64,000 nt of DNA from the NCBI RefSeq assembly GCF_006345805.1, contig NC_042997.1, positions 38,378,001-38,442,000 on the forward strand. Direction: 5' to 3'. The notes below the pieces were generated by a model that searched no databases, was not told the origin of the DNA, and saw nothing but the letters and a program-made list of their open reading frames with translations. The position numbers were made by a program, and so were the translations under genes. Origin of the DNA: Octopus sinensis. Lineage: Eukaryota. Positions 1 through 11,556 of the stretch are shown here, piece after piece; the first letter of the stretch is position 1; each line of letters starts with the position of its first letter.

Positions 1-153
1 TACGGCTATAAATCCACTCGCCGAATGAAGAGAAATTAATACTTCTCTAAATGTAACTTAGAATCCGAACGAACTGGCTGCTTTAAGAAGATGCATCCTT
101 ATAACCTAAAAATTATCAGATACGAAAATAGAATTGTTGATAGAAAAAGAACA

Positions 154-570
154 TAGGCGCAGGAGTGGCTGTGTGGTAAGTAGCTTGTTTACCAACCACA
201 TGGTTCCGGGTTCAGTCCCACTGTGTGGCACCTTGGGTAAGCGTCTTCTACTATAGCCTCGGGCCGACCAAAGCCTTGTGAGTGGATTTGGTAGACGGAA
301 ACTGAAAGAAGCTCGTCGTATATATGTATATATATATATATGCGTGTGTGTGTGTGTTTGTGTGTCTGTGTCTGTCCCCCTAGCATTGCTTGACAACCGA
401 TGCTGGTGTGTTTATGTCCCCGTTACTTAGCGGTTCGGCAAAAAAAGAGACCGATAGAATAAGTACTGGGCTTACAAAAGAATAAGTCCTGGGGTCGAGT
501 TGCTCGATTAAAGGCGGTGCTCCAGCATGGCAGCAGTCAAATGACTGAAACAAGTAAAAGAGTAAAAGAG
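154..570 (+). mobile_element. tRNA-derived SINE family A (CORE-like domain, internal (TA)n/(TG)n, (AGTAAAAG)n tail), full length
   Basis: A-box TGGCTGTGTGGTAAG, B-box GGGTTCAGTCCC, CORE-like CACCTTGGGTAAG; near-identical copies at 6380, 37467, 48199, 51288. Confidence 0.9.
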
Positions 571-1563
571 TATAATGAAAACAATAAAATAAAGACAAAC
601 AACAAAAAACATTAAAACTAAAACTATTGTAAATCTAAATCACGAAGACAGACTAGTACAAATTAAAAAAAATATCTGAAAAAACTAACAAAATCGAAAA
701 TAATCACACCGCCTTCAGCCTAACAATAACATAATTTCAAAAACGAAAACCTGAACACAAGAATTATGGTTTGAAAATTATAAAGTGACTATTTTCAGTA
801 CTTTAATAATATAAATGTGGAAACATTTAAAGCATTAAATTGATAGATCTTAACATAGACCAAAAAAATACAAACATTTTAGGGTCAACAATAAAAGCAG
901 GAATCATGCAGCCACCATCGTTATAACGATAATTCATCATAATAATAATCATCATAACGATAATATACAGCAACGATATTACACACAAAAGAAGGTAGAT
1001 ATTTCTTAATAACCGTCTATCTATGAATATTTAAACCCAAGTAAATAGCGTGCAAAACAAACAAGCAGGGACAGATAAATAAAAGATCCTTCAATCCTCA
1101 ATTTCTTCAAGAATAAAAGCGGTTAAATAAATCAGTAAACGTGCAACGTTAGAAAAGAAGCACTCGAAATCTAAAAACTACCTGAAGCAAGTTATTCTCA
1201 CGAAATCTCAACAAATACGAACGTATGAAAAGCGAAAAAACATTGAAAAGAATATATAAAATGCGCAGCAATATAAAACGATTTTCCCAAAACTAGGTAA
1301 ATAAAAGAAACATTTATTAGCAGTGCCAGTTGAAAATATCAAGAGACTTTTTTTTAATGTTAAGAAAGTATATGTGCAGTGGATGGACGACTTCGAGCGA
1401 GGAAATTCACGTCATCAAGCGCACCATCTGCACATTTGCAGAGATAATACAAAACATTGCCAGAAACTAAAGAATATGAGCAAAATGAAAGAACTAGGAA
1501 ATAGTAAACTTCCATACTGCTTGCTAAAATAACTAATATGTCTGCAAAGTGTGTCTACAAATA

Positions 1564-1961
1564 TCTTTATATATATCAAAGTGAGGTTGTGTGCTGTCTG
1601 TCTCCTACGATTTAGATTCCTAACTACTCCCACATTTTGCGGTGCAGTTTAACCAAAACCGAGTATCTTATAGTCGTGATTCATATCGAGCCTGTCTGGC
1701 TATTAGCGCGCGTCTACGATGAGTCTACGATTTTAAAAATAATTTACCATCAATTTTTCTCATTTTTAATGCATTTTTGGCATATATAAGAGAAGTAACT
1801 CTCTAAAAATTTATTATTAAATCTCAGAACGTAAAGAGCTACAGTAACCCCCCCCCCTTGTGGTTAGCCATATTGAGATGGCTATTATACTTTACATCTC
1901 TAAAAATGCTTATATAGTTATTTCCCTTACAAACCCGAGCAACGCCGGGCGTTACTGCTAG
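1564..1961 (+). mobile_element. Non-autonomous Helitron
   Basis: Starts A|TCTTTATATATA, ends with GC hairpin CCCGAGCAACGCCGGG followed by CTAG|T; inserted between A and T with no TSD. Confidence 0.8.
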
Positions 1962-2590
1962 TTCTATGATATAATGAATCATCGTGTGCACGGTGGACAG
2001 TGAGGCTCTTTGGTTCGGGATGCTTCTGGTTGATAAAACACAGCATGTCAAACACCGGTGTCCCAGAATCCCTTGCACTAATGAATCGGATTCGTTATGA
2101 ACAAAGTTGTTGTAAAGGAATTTGCTATTTTCTTGACGAACACAACAGAGATTAGCCTGCTCACGTTCGAATCTGCCGGATCGTATTAAGAATAAATAGA
2201 CAAGTTCTAATGAAAACAAATGTGCCTAGGCCTTATGGATTAACAAATCTCAAAGACAGCGGAACCATATCCTGCCTATACAAAACTTTAGCAGCAATAT
2301 TATTACGAAACATTAAAAAACTCAACCCGACGAAAATAGCCTTTCAAGAGGAATGTTGCAATGGCGTGGATATACATAGAGACCAGCTGCTGATCAACGG
2401 AGCATAATTAAATGGTGTAGGAAGAGAAAGGGGAATCTGTGCATGGGATGAATAAATTACAATTAAATCTTTCTCAACCTTAGTTTTGGTAGTTCTATAA
2501 GAACTAAAATAAGAGCAATAATAAAACACCCAAAATAATATCAGTAACAGGTCTGATGGTGTTTTATCAACAGGAAAATTCAGGATGTCT

Positions 2591-2976
2591 GTGGAAGCAC
2601 TCCGTCGGTTACGACGACGAGGGTTCCGGTTGATCCGATCAACGGAACAGCCTGCTCGTGAAATTAACGTGTAAGTGGCTGAGCACTCCACAGACACGTG
2701 TACCCCTAACGTAGTTCTCGGGGATATTCAGCGTGACACAGAGAGTGACAAGGCCGGCCCTTTGAAATACAGGTACAACAGAAACAGGAAGTAAGAGTGA
2801 GAGAAAGTTGTGGTGAAAGAGTACAGCAGGGATCACCACCATCCCCTGCCGGAGCCTGGTGGAGCTTTTAGGTGTTTTCGCTCAATAAACACTCACAACG
2901 CCCGGTCTGAGAATCGAAACCGCGATCCTACGACCGCGAGTCCGCTGCCCTAACCACTGGGCCATTGCGCCTCCAC
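2591..2976 (-). mobile_element. tRNA-derived SINE family B (possibly OR1-like), full length
   Basis: Head GGAGGCGCAATGGCCCAGTGGTTAGG on minus strand; 11 bp TSD TCAGGATGTCT at 2580-2590 and 2977-2987; copies at 3824, 48773. Confidence 0.9.
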
Positions 2977-3823
2977 TCAGGATGTCTAAGCTGGGGATAA
3001 CTCAGACAGTTAATACGGAAACATTGTAATACTGGAATAACGTATCTTTGCAACACAGAACTATACTTCTGAAGAAAATTTCTAAAATGCTCGAAACATG
3101 CCGTGAATCATAATGGTTCACTTAGGATATCATTACGGACACATAATATGAATTAGCAGGGCATATACGTGTGTGTGTGTGTGTCTGTTTGTTAGTGAGT
3201 GTGTGTGTGTCGCAACACTTTTCATGACACTATATTACAGTACTAAACTAGTCAATGAAGGAGACTTTATTAGGTCACACTGTCAGAAATATCACCGAAA
3301 TCTCTCACGAGAGAGAGGAAATCTTAGGGGATAATCAAGTCAGTAATATTTATGGCTAAAAAAAAAACAAAGGAGATGGACCTAGGTAGAAAGCCTTTGA
3401 TGAGAACTATGCTCACTCAGAATAAATTTGTGGTTGAACATCAACAACAGTAATAATTACTAGTAATCTAGCTTTCTCCATATTTACACGTTACTACACA
3501 TTGCATTCCTGCATAAACCACATGATGACAAGGTGCCCTATTATACAATATTACTCGACACTGTTCTCCTATAATTGACAGATTATTATTAATATGAATG
3601 TCCCTTATCCCTTAATGAATCGTCAGATCACCATTGAAGATTTCAACATCGCAGAGAGTATACTGAGAAAGTCAGTTTGGCAGAAAACATATCAATTCAA
3701 GCTATAACCGACTGCTGAAATCGTTAGACTTAACTGCGCCAGCGAACGAAATATAAATCAATTGTAGCGTATTGCTACTGCATACAACAGTGAACTACTT
3801 TCTCGATAGTACAATTTAAAGTA

Positions 3824-4213
3824 GTAGTAGGAAGGACTCCGTCGGTTACGACGACGAGGGTTCCGGTTGATCCGAATCAACGGAACAGCCTGCTCGTGAA
3901 ATTAACGTGTAAGTGGCTGAGCACTCCACAGACCCGTGTACCCATAACGTAGTTATCGGGGATATTCAGCGTGACACAGAGAGTGACAAGGCCGGCCCTT
4001 TGAAATACAGGTACAACAGAAACAGGAAGTAAGAGTGAGAGCAAGTTGTGGTGAAAGAGTACAGCAGGGATCACCACCATCCCCTGCCGGAGCCTCGTAG
4101 AGCTTTAGGTGTTTTCGCTCAATAAACACTCACAACGCCCGGTCTGGGAATCGAAACCACGATCCTACGACCGCGAGTCCGCTGCCCTAACCACTGGGCC
4201 ATTGCGCCTCCAC
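3824..4213 (-). mobile_element. SINE family B, full length
   Basis: Near-identical to 2591-2976; 14 bp TSD TACAATTTAAAGTA at 3810-3823 and 4214-4227. Confidence 0.9.
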
Positions 4214-4556
4214 TACAATTTAAAGTATAGAAGATACTGCTGGACACATCGTAGACACGTAGCGAGTTACGTACCCTTGTACAGTTGGTACATTACTGTT
4301 GATTTTACTCTTTTATGCAGCACTGATGTCCCTACTAGTGCTAATATTCTCTGTTATTATTACAAGGTGGAGGCGCAATGGCCCAGTGGTTATTTGTTGC
4401 TAAATTTAATCAGGCTCTTGTTGATTTCTTATTTGTAACTGAAATTAGAATCTTTGTTTTTGAGTGTGTGGTTATAGCTTTTGCAGTTTTGGTTTCTTTC
4501 TATTTGATTAGACAGATTGCTCCCTGTAATTGTAGAGTAATATTAAAATAGTATAT

Positions 4557-4966
4557 GTGTCTTTATTACCCACAAGGGGCTAAACATAGAGGGGGACAAA
4601 CACGGACAGACAAACGGATTAAGTCGATTACATCAACCCCAGTGCGTAACTGGTACTTAATTTATCGACTCCGAAAGAACGAAAGGCAAAGTCGACCTCG
4701 GCGGAATTTGAACTTAGAACGCAACGGCAGACGAAATACCTATTTCTTTATTACCCACAAGGGGCTAAACATAGATGGGACAAACAAGGACAGACAAACA
4801 GATTAAGTCGATTACATCAACCCCAGTGCGTAACTGGTACTTAATTTATCGACTCCGAAAGAATGTCGACCTCGGCGGAATTTGAACTCAGAACGTGACG
4901 GCAGGCGATATACGGTTACGCATTTCGCCCGGCGTGCTTAACGGTTCTGCCAGCTCGCCGCCTTCT
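4557..4966 (-). mobile_element. Dimeric/nested Meta-domain tRNA SINE (family C)
   Basis: Two tandem units with GTCGACTTTGCCTTTC..GTCGATAAATTAAGTACCAG core; one outer 17 bp TSD ATATTAAAATAGTATAT at 4540-4556 and 4967-4983. Confidence 0.85.
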
Positions 4967-5237
4967 ATATTAAAATAGTATATTGTAGCATCCTTAACTC
5001 TCTGAAAATCATTGAGTCCATAAGTAAAGACGAGATTCGGCTGACAACGACCACGTTTCCTCTCCTTACAACATTTGATCGCAGTATTAACACAACCAAG
5101 AATTTTGGCTTTGCTATATTTTTCTTTTGTTATAATAATTTTATGGAATCGAAATACGATCGATATTGCTGAGTATCAGATAATATAGCATGTGCGAAAA
5201 GAACAGTATTTGACAAATTCTAATAGTATTCGGTTCG

Positions 5238-5340
5238 TAAGGCGACAAGCTGGCACGAAGCTTAACGTATTTCTTTCGGCTCTTTACGTTCTGGGTTCAA
5301 CTTCCACTTAGGTCGACTTTCGCCTTCCATTCTTCGGATT
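5238..5340 (+). mobile_element. Diverged 5' fragment of Meta-type SINE C
   Basis: GGCGACAAGCTGGCA..GTTCTGGGTTCAAC..GGTCGACTTTCGCCTTCCAT. Confidence 0.6.
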
Positions 5341-5570
5341 TTTACCTTTTAACCGGCAGATTTGTAACTAAACACTTTCAAACTTCGTATACTGGTAGAA
5401 TGTGTCATAAAACATCTTTTACAATTCTTAGCGTTTTTGACAAAACTTTATATTTACGAAGTTATTTCGTGTTAAAGTTGTCGTTTTTCGGTAATTTCAG
5501 CCAAACTATGACGTGTATTCAGCTGAATAGAATTACTGCTGTTGTTTGCCAACAAGAACATCCGGCGGTG

Positions 5571-5635
5571 TACATACACATATATACACATACATATATA
5601 TACATACATATACATACATATACATATTATATACA

Positions 5636-5678
<43 letters not shown>

Positions 5679-5742
5679 ATACATACATATACATACATAT
5701 ATATATATACATACATATACATATACATACATATACATATAC

Positions 5743-5773
<31 letters not shown>

Positions 5774-5796
5774 CATATATATATACATACATATAC

Positions 5797-5827
<31 letters not shown>

Positions 5828-5829
5828 CA

Positions 5830-5863
<34 letters not shown>

Positions 5864-5867
5864 CATA

Positions 5868-5901
<34 letters not shown>

Positions 5902-5922
5902 CATATATATACATATATATAA
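5571..5922. repeat. Compound (TA)n/(TACA)n microsatellite
   Basis: Direct inspection. Confidence 0.95.
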
Positions 5923-6379
5923 TTTACAATATAAGGTCACGTGTCTCGAGACTTGCCGAAGATTTTCTATTTTGGATATATTTGGGGTACTTAGGTCTGA
6001 TCAGGACTTGGTGTTTGTTTTTTCCATGGGTATCAGTAAGTATTTCACTTATATTTCGCGTATTTGCCGCTGAAGAGGAGAAAATTCTTATGAATTAACT
6101 CCGAAATTGGTCCAATACTGTAATAACGAATTTTTTAGAAATTTCTATCAGTTTGTTTCGAGACGCATATATTATAATGGTTAATCGACAATTTTTGTCT
6201 TTTTTGGCATATTTGGCATTAGAATTTTTTCTTTGGCCCTTATATTGTAAATTATTTATAAATCTAACCTTCAAAGGTATTTTTTGATATGCTGGCCATT
6301 GATGAAATTTTTTTCCCGAAAAAAATTTTATCCTACATTAGTTATATATACATATATATATATAATAAATATACATACA

Positions 6380-6774
6380 TAGGCGCAGGAGTGGCTGTGT
6401 GGTAAGTAGCTTGCTAACCAACCACATGGTTCCGGGTTCAGTCCCCCTGCGTGGCATCTTGGGCAAATGTCTTCTGCTATAGCCCCGGGCCGACCAATGC
6501 TTGTGAGTGGATTTGGTAGACGGAAACTGAAAGAAGCCTGTCGTATATATGTATATGTATGTGTGTGTCTGTGTTTGTCCCCCTAGCATTGCTTGACAGC
6601 CGATGCTGGTGTGTTTACGTCCCCGTCACTTAGCGGTTCGGCAAAAGAGACCGATAGAATAAGTACTGGGCTTACAAAGAATAAGACCCGGGGTCGATTT
6701 GGTCGACTAAAGGCGGTGCTCCAGCATGGCCGCAGTCAAATGACTGAAACAAGTAAAAGAGTAAAGAGTAAGAG
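6380..6774 (+). mobile_element. SINE family A, full length
   Basis: Colinear with 154-570. Confidence 0.9.
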
Positions 6775-7082
6775 TATATATATATACATACGTATACATA
6801 TATATATACATACATATACACATACATATATACATACATGCATATATACATACATATATACATACATAGATACATATACATATACATACATATATACATA
6901 CATATATATATATATACATACATATATATATATATATACACATACATACATATATATATACATATATACATACGTACATATATATACATACATACATATA
7001 TACATACATATATATATATAGATACATATATATTATATATACATATATATATACATACATATATATATATACATAGATATAC

Positions 7083-7116
<34 letters not shown>

Positions 7117-7129
7117 ATACATAGATACA
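6775..7129. repeat. (TA)n/(TACA)n microsatellite, 3' flank of RTE LINE
   Basis: Direct inspection. Confidence 0.95.
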
Positions 7130-10100
7130 TAATGTTTGTCCTTCGGTTCGAAGATGACCAACTGACATCATCTGATGGAACTGCCGCCATGAGACCTGAG
7201 GTGGCTGGTGAGGCCAATCCGGGCAAGGAAGCCCCTCCCACAAGTGGGGCAGAAGTGGGTAGGGGCCGTGCTACTGGTGCAGGCGGCTCTGACTTTATGC
7301 ATCTGACGTTTCTGCTCCGCTGACCGAATCCGTCCCTCCTCGGCTGTCCCTGCTCCCACGGTGATTGCGCTGCGCCAGGATGAGCGGTTGGCAGCAAGTG
7401 TCTCCCAGGTCTCTGTTCCGATGGAGAAGTCTTTGAGAGAGACCTTGAGACTATCCTTGTACCGCTTCTTCTGCCCTCCGACTTTGCGCCTGCTCTGGCC
7501 GAGTTCACCGTAGAAGAGCTGTTTTGGGATGCGAGTGTCGGACATGCGGGAGACGTGGCCCGCCCATCTCAGCTGGGCTTTGCGCATGATTGTGATGGTG
7601 CTAGGGAGATCTGCCTGCTTCAGAACTTCCGTGTCTGGGACTTTGTCCTGCCAGCGGATGTGAAGGAGGTTCCGAAGACACCTGAGATGGAAGTGGTTTA
7701 TCTGGCGCTCGTGCCTTCGGTAAGCAGTCCACGTCTCGCAGCCGTATAGTAGGGTGGTAAGCACGACTGCCCGGTAGACTTTCAGCTTGGTGTTGAGGCT
7801 GATTCCTCTCCGCTCCCAGACTTTTTCGCAGTCTCCCAAACGCGCTGCTTGCCTTGGAGATTCTGTTGATGGTTTCAGCATCTATGTTGGCATTGCAGGA
7901 GAGAGTGCTGCCCAGGTAGGTGAAGTTTTCCACCACTCGTAGGATCCATCCGTTCACCCTTATCTGAGGCTCATGGTATTGTTTGCCGGGGGCTGGCTGA
8001 AACATCACTTCGGTTTTCTTGGCACTGATGGTGAGACCGAAGTTGTCACAGGCTGATGAGAACCTGTCCATCTCGAGCTGCATCTCCTGCTCATCGATTG
8101 CATTAAGGGCGCAGTCGTCAGCAAAGAGAAAGTCTCTGACGACTGTCTCCCTCACCTTTGTGACAGCCTGCAATCTTCTGGAGTTGAAAAGTTTCCCGTC
8201 TGTCCTGTACTTGATGTCGATACCGGACTTGCAGTCCCTAAAGGCGTCGGACAGCATTGCCGAGAACATGATGCTGAACAGTGTTGGGGCCAGGACACAG
8301 CCCTGCCTGACTCCGTTGGTCACCTGGAAGGCTTCAGATGAGTTGCCGTCTTCAAGGACTCTGGCTGTCATTCCGTCGTGGAACTGGCGGACAATTGCAA
8401 TAAATTTGCTGGGGCAACAAAATTTTCCCATGACCTTCCATAGTCCCTCCCGACTGACTGTATCAAAGGCCTTGGTGAGGTCAACAAAGGTCATGCAGAG
8501 GTCAAGGTGCTGCTCCATGCATTTCTCCTGGAGCTGGCGGGCGGCGAATATCATGTCAGTGGTCCCTCGACCCGCGCGGAAGCCACACTGGCTCTCAGGA
8601 GAAGGCTTGCTCCAAGTGTTCCAGAAGGCGGTCAAGCAGGACCCGGGCCAGGATCTTGCCTGCTATGGACAAGAGGGAGATACCTCGGTGGTTGTCGCAG
8701 GACTGCCGATCTCCTTTCCGCTTATAAATGTGGACGATTGTTACATCCCGGAAATCTTGAGGGAGTTGTTCCCTGTCCCACATCGACTGGAACAGGCTGG
8801 TGAGCTGACTGATCATGGTGGGGCCGCCCGACTTGAACACCTCTGCAGGGATGGCGTCAGAGCCTGGAGCTTTGCCGGTGGACATTTTTTTGATGGCTCT
8901 GCTCACTTCCTCGACTGCAGGGGGAACAGCCAACACTCGTGGTTTGTCGGCACCTGGGGGAGTCGTGCGATGGCTTCCTCGTTGATCTGGGCTGGTCGGT
9001 TGAGCACGATGTTGAAATGCTCCGCCCATCTCTCCAGGATCAGCCTCTTGTTAGTCAGGAGTGAGGTTCCATCCGAGCTGAGCAGGGGGGTTGATCCAAA
9101 GGAGAACTGCGGTCCATAGACAGCTTTCAGCGCCTCGTAGAATTTCTTGGTGTCGTGTTTGTCTGCGTATCCCTGAATCTCATCCGCCTTGGCGCTTAAC
9201 CATGCGTCTTGCATGAGGCGGAGTTTAGCCTGGACTGTGCTGCGAATGTTGTTGAAAGCGGCCTTCTTTGCCGTGCAGGTGGTGTCATTTTGGTGAGCCC
9301 GCAGCAGACGGCGTTTCTCTTCCAGGAGCTTTTGGATTTCCTGGTCGTTTTCGTCGAACCAGTCCTGGTGGTTCCTCGTAACTTGGCCCAGAGTTTCAAG
9401 GGCGATGGAATGAACTGTGTCCCTCAATGATTCCCACTGCTCATCGATGATGGACTGGTCACTCCGAATGTCCAACAGCTTGCTGTCCATACGTGACTGG
9501 AGATCTTGTGCAGTCAGCTGGTTCTTTAATTTCGTGATGTTAAGCTTCCTCGTCACTTTCTGACCCTGTGGTCTTCTCTTAGGTCGGATGTAGAAATCCA
9601 TCCTGGAGATGATGAGGCGATGGTCCGTCCAGCAGTCAGCTCCACACATGGCTTTGACCAGTCTCACGTCCCGCCTGTCTTTCGCCCTGACGATGACGTA
9701 ATCTATCAGATGCCAGTGTTTGGAGCGTGGATGCATCCATGATGTCTTGTTGCGTGTTGGCAGACGGAACAAGGTGTTGGCGATGGTAAGATCATGAGAG
9801 GCACACGCACGCAGGAGGAGCTGTCCGTTGCTGTTGCACTTTCCGATTCCTTGCTTTCCCAGTTCGCGATGCCAGGCTTGGTGGTCAGTCCCGACACGGG
9901 CGTTAAAATCCCCAAGGAGGATGAGCTTCCCAGGCTGGGCTGACGTGATGAGGGAGTCGAGTTCCTCATAGAACCTGTCCTTAACTTCTTCAGGGTTGGT
10001 CATGGTGGGGGCGTAAGCACTGATGATGGTCGCACTAGTCTTGTTTCCAAGTGGGAGCTGCATCTTCATCAGCCGATCGTTGATACCCTCGGGGGGGGGC

Positions 10101-11094
10101 TTTCCAGTTTCCGCACGTGTACTGACTTAATGGCAAAACCAACACCAGCCACGACGCTCTTCGCTGCTGCGACCACTCCAAAAGAAAGTGTAGCCGCCGC
10201 CTGTCTCTGTCAGCTGGCCTTTGTCCGCAAGGCGGGTCTCGCTCAGTGCTGCAATATCGACATTGTATCGGCTCAGTTCTCTGGGCACCAGGGCAGTTCG
10301 TATCTCTGGTCTGTCCGCTTTGGTGTTGTCAAGCAGAGTTCTCACGTTCCAAGTTGCGAAAGTGAGCACCTTTGTTTGTTTTCTTCTTTCTTTGTTTCGA
10401 CCGCTTGGAAAGGATCCCCGCCAGCCGCGGTTTGCTGACCAGGGTGAGGTGAGGCAGGCTATGTTTAGGGCAACCTTTTCTAGCCCCGTCCTCATGCTGG
10501 GGAGGCGAGCAGAGCGATCCTGAAGAGGGCTGCTCGGTCACTCAGGAGGCTGCCGGACTCCACTGCTGCCTCAGTTCAGTGAGGGGCGACCACATGTCCT
10601 GAGCCGCCTGTGTGTGGGTTCACGACTGCAGCTCCCAGTGTATCCTCACCTGCTACTTCGCCGTTTCCCCATCGCCACAGGACTTGGGATGGTTGTCATG
10701 ACGTCATGATGTCGTGACATGCGCGATGAATTGGATAGTGAGGGTGACTTGCGCAGGATCAGCCTCACTCTCTCGTCCTGGTGCGCCGGATCCAGTGGCA
10801 AGACAAAGTCAAGACGACTGGGGGTAGACCAAGATGCAGGAGCTGCCGGAAGGTGGCACGCATGGCGCAATCCAACCGCCTTAGGGGCTCCAGTCCGGAT
10901 TTTGGATGGCCATTGACTCATGAGAGAGTTCCTCTGCCCTTTGACAGGTTTTGTTTTTAGTCCTGCTGGGTGTCCAAATCACCCTCCTCACCAAGAAATC
11001 TTGGTGGGGTTGCCAGTTTAGTCGCCAACGACCCGACCATGTAACAGGTTGTACTGGGTTACATGTTACCAGTAGCTCCAAGCGGAGACCTGAC
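7130..11094 (-). mobile_element. Full-length RTE-clade LINE
   Basis: ~600 bp 5' UTR, single long APE-RT ORF in frameshifted pieces, RTE-type 3' end GTTGGTCATCTTCGAACCGAAGGACAAACA; both ends abut (TA/TACA)n. Confidence 0.95.
7168..10495 (-). pseudogene. RTE ORF: apurinic-like endonuclease + reverse transcriptase + C-terminal C2H2 finger, about 5 frameshifts
   Basis: APE motifs TWNVRTL, ALSETRL, YAPT, GDFNARVG, HLIDYV; RT motifs KAPGSDAIPAE, RGISLLS, PESQCGFR, FVDLTKAFD, GVRQGCVLAP, LFADD, FTYLGS; C-terminal [21 protein letters not shown]. Confidence 0.95.
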
Positions 11095-11148
11095 ATACAT
11101 ATACATACATATACATACATATGTATATATACATATATATATATATAC

Positions 11149-11181
<33 letters not shown>

Positions 11182-11356
11182 CATACATATATATATACAA
11201 ACATATATATACATACATATATATATACATATATATATACATATACATATATATACATACATATATATACATATACATATATATACATATACATATATAT
11301 ATACATACATATATATATATACATACATACATATATATATACATACATACATACAT

Positions 11357-11390
<34 letters not shown>

Positions 11391-11556
11391 CATATACATA
11401 TATATACATACATATGTATACATACATGTATATACACATACATATACATATATACATATATACATATATATATACATATATACATACATATATATATACA
11501 TATATACATACATATACATACATACATATATTCATACATATATACATACATACGTA
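11095..11556. repeat. (TA)n/(TACA)n microsatellite between two RTE elements
   Basis: Direct inspection. Confidence 0.95.

Larger units (their letters stand above)
1000..3130 (+). pseudogene. Possible highly decayed LINE ORF1/endonuclease remnant, interrupted by a Helitron and a SINE
   Basis: Cys/His-rich translated pieces (FERGNSRHQAHHLHICRDNTKHC at ~1390-1460; CCKGICYFLDEH at ~2110-2145) resemble degenerate CCCH fingers; many stops; boundaries approximate; recognition by eye only. Confidence 0.25.

Noticed and set aside
154-235. tRNA-like sequences at SINE heads
   Set aside because: They have A/B boxes but no complete cloverleaf or acceptor stem and continue into SINE bodies; not tRNA genes
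2639-2842. Recurrent 67-aa ORF MVVIPAVLFHH.. (also at 3877 and 48855)
   Set aside because: Chance ORF inside the non-coding SINE B consensus
5400-7323. Long ORFs rich in Y/I/H/T or M/Y/V/C (also 10881-12040, 19099-19576, 21551-23041, 32627-33641, 50257-50825)
   Set aside because: These are translations of stop-free (TA)/(TACA)/(TG) microsatellites, not genes
8019-9119. 366-aa plus-strand ORF
   Set aside because: Antisense shadow of the RTE RT frame
10981-11010. GAGGAGGGT twister-like 3' motif in the RTE 5' UTR
   Set aside because: The upstream twister elements (UAA cleavage loop, GGUCCCAAGCCC-like L4) are absent
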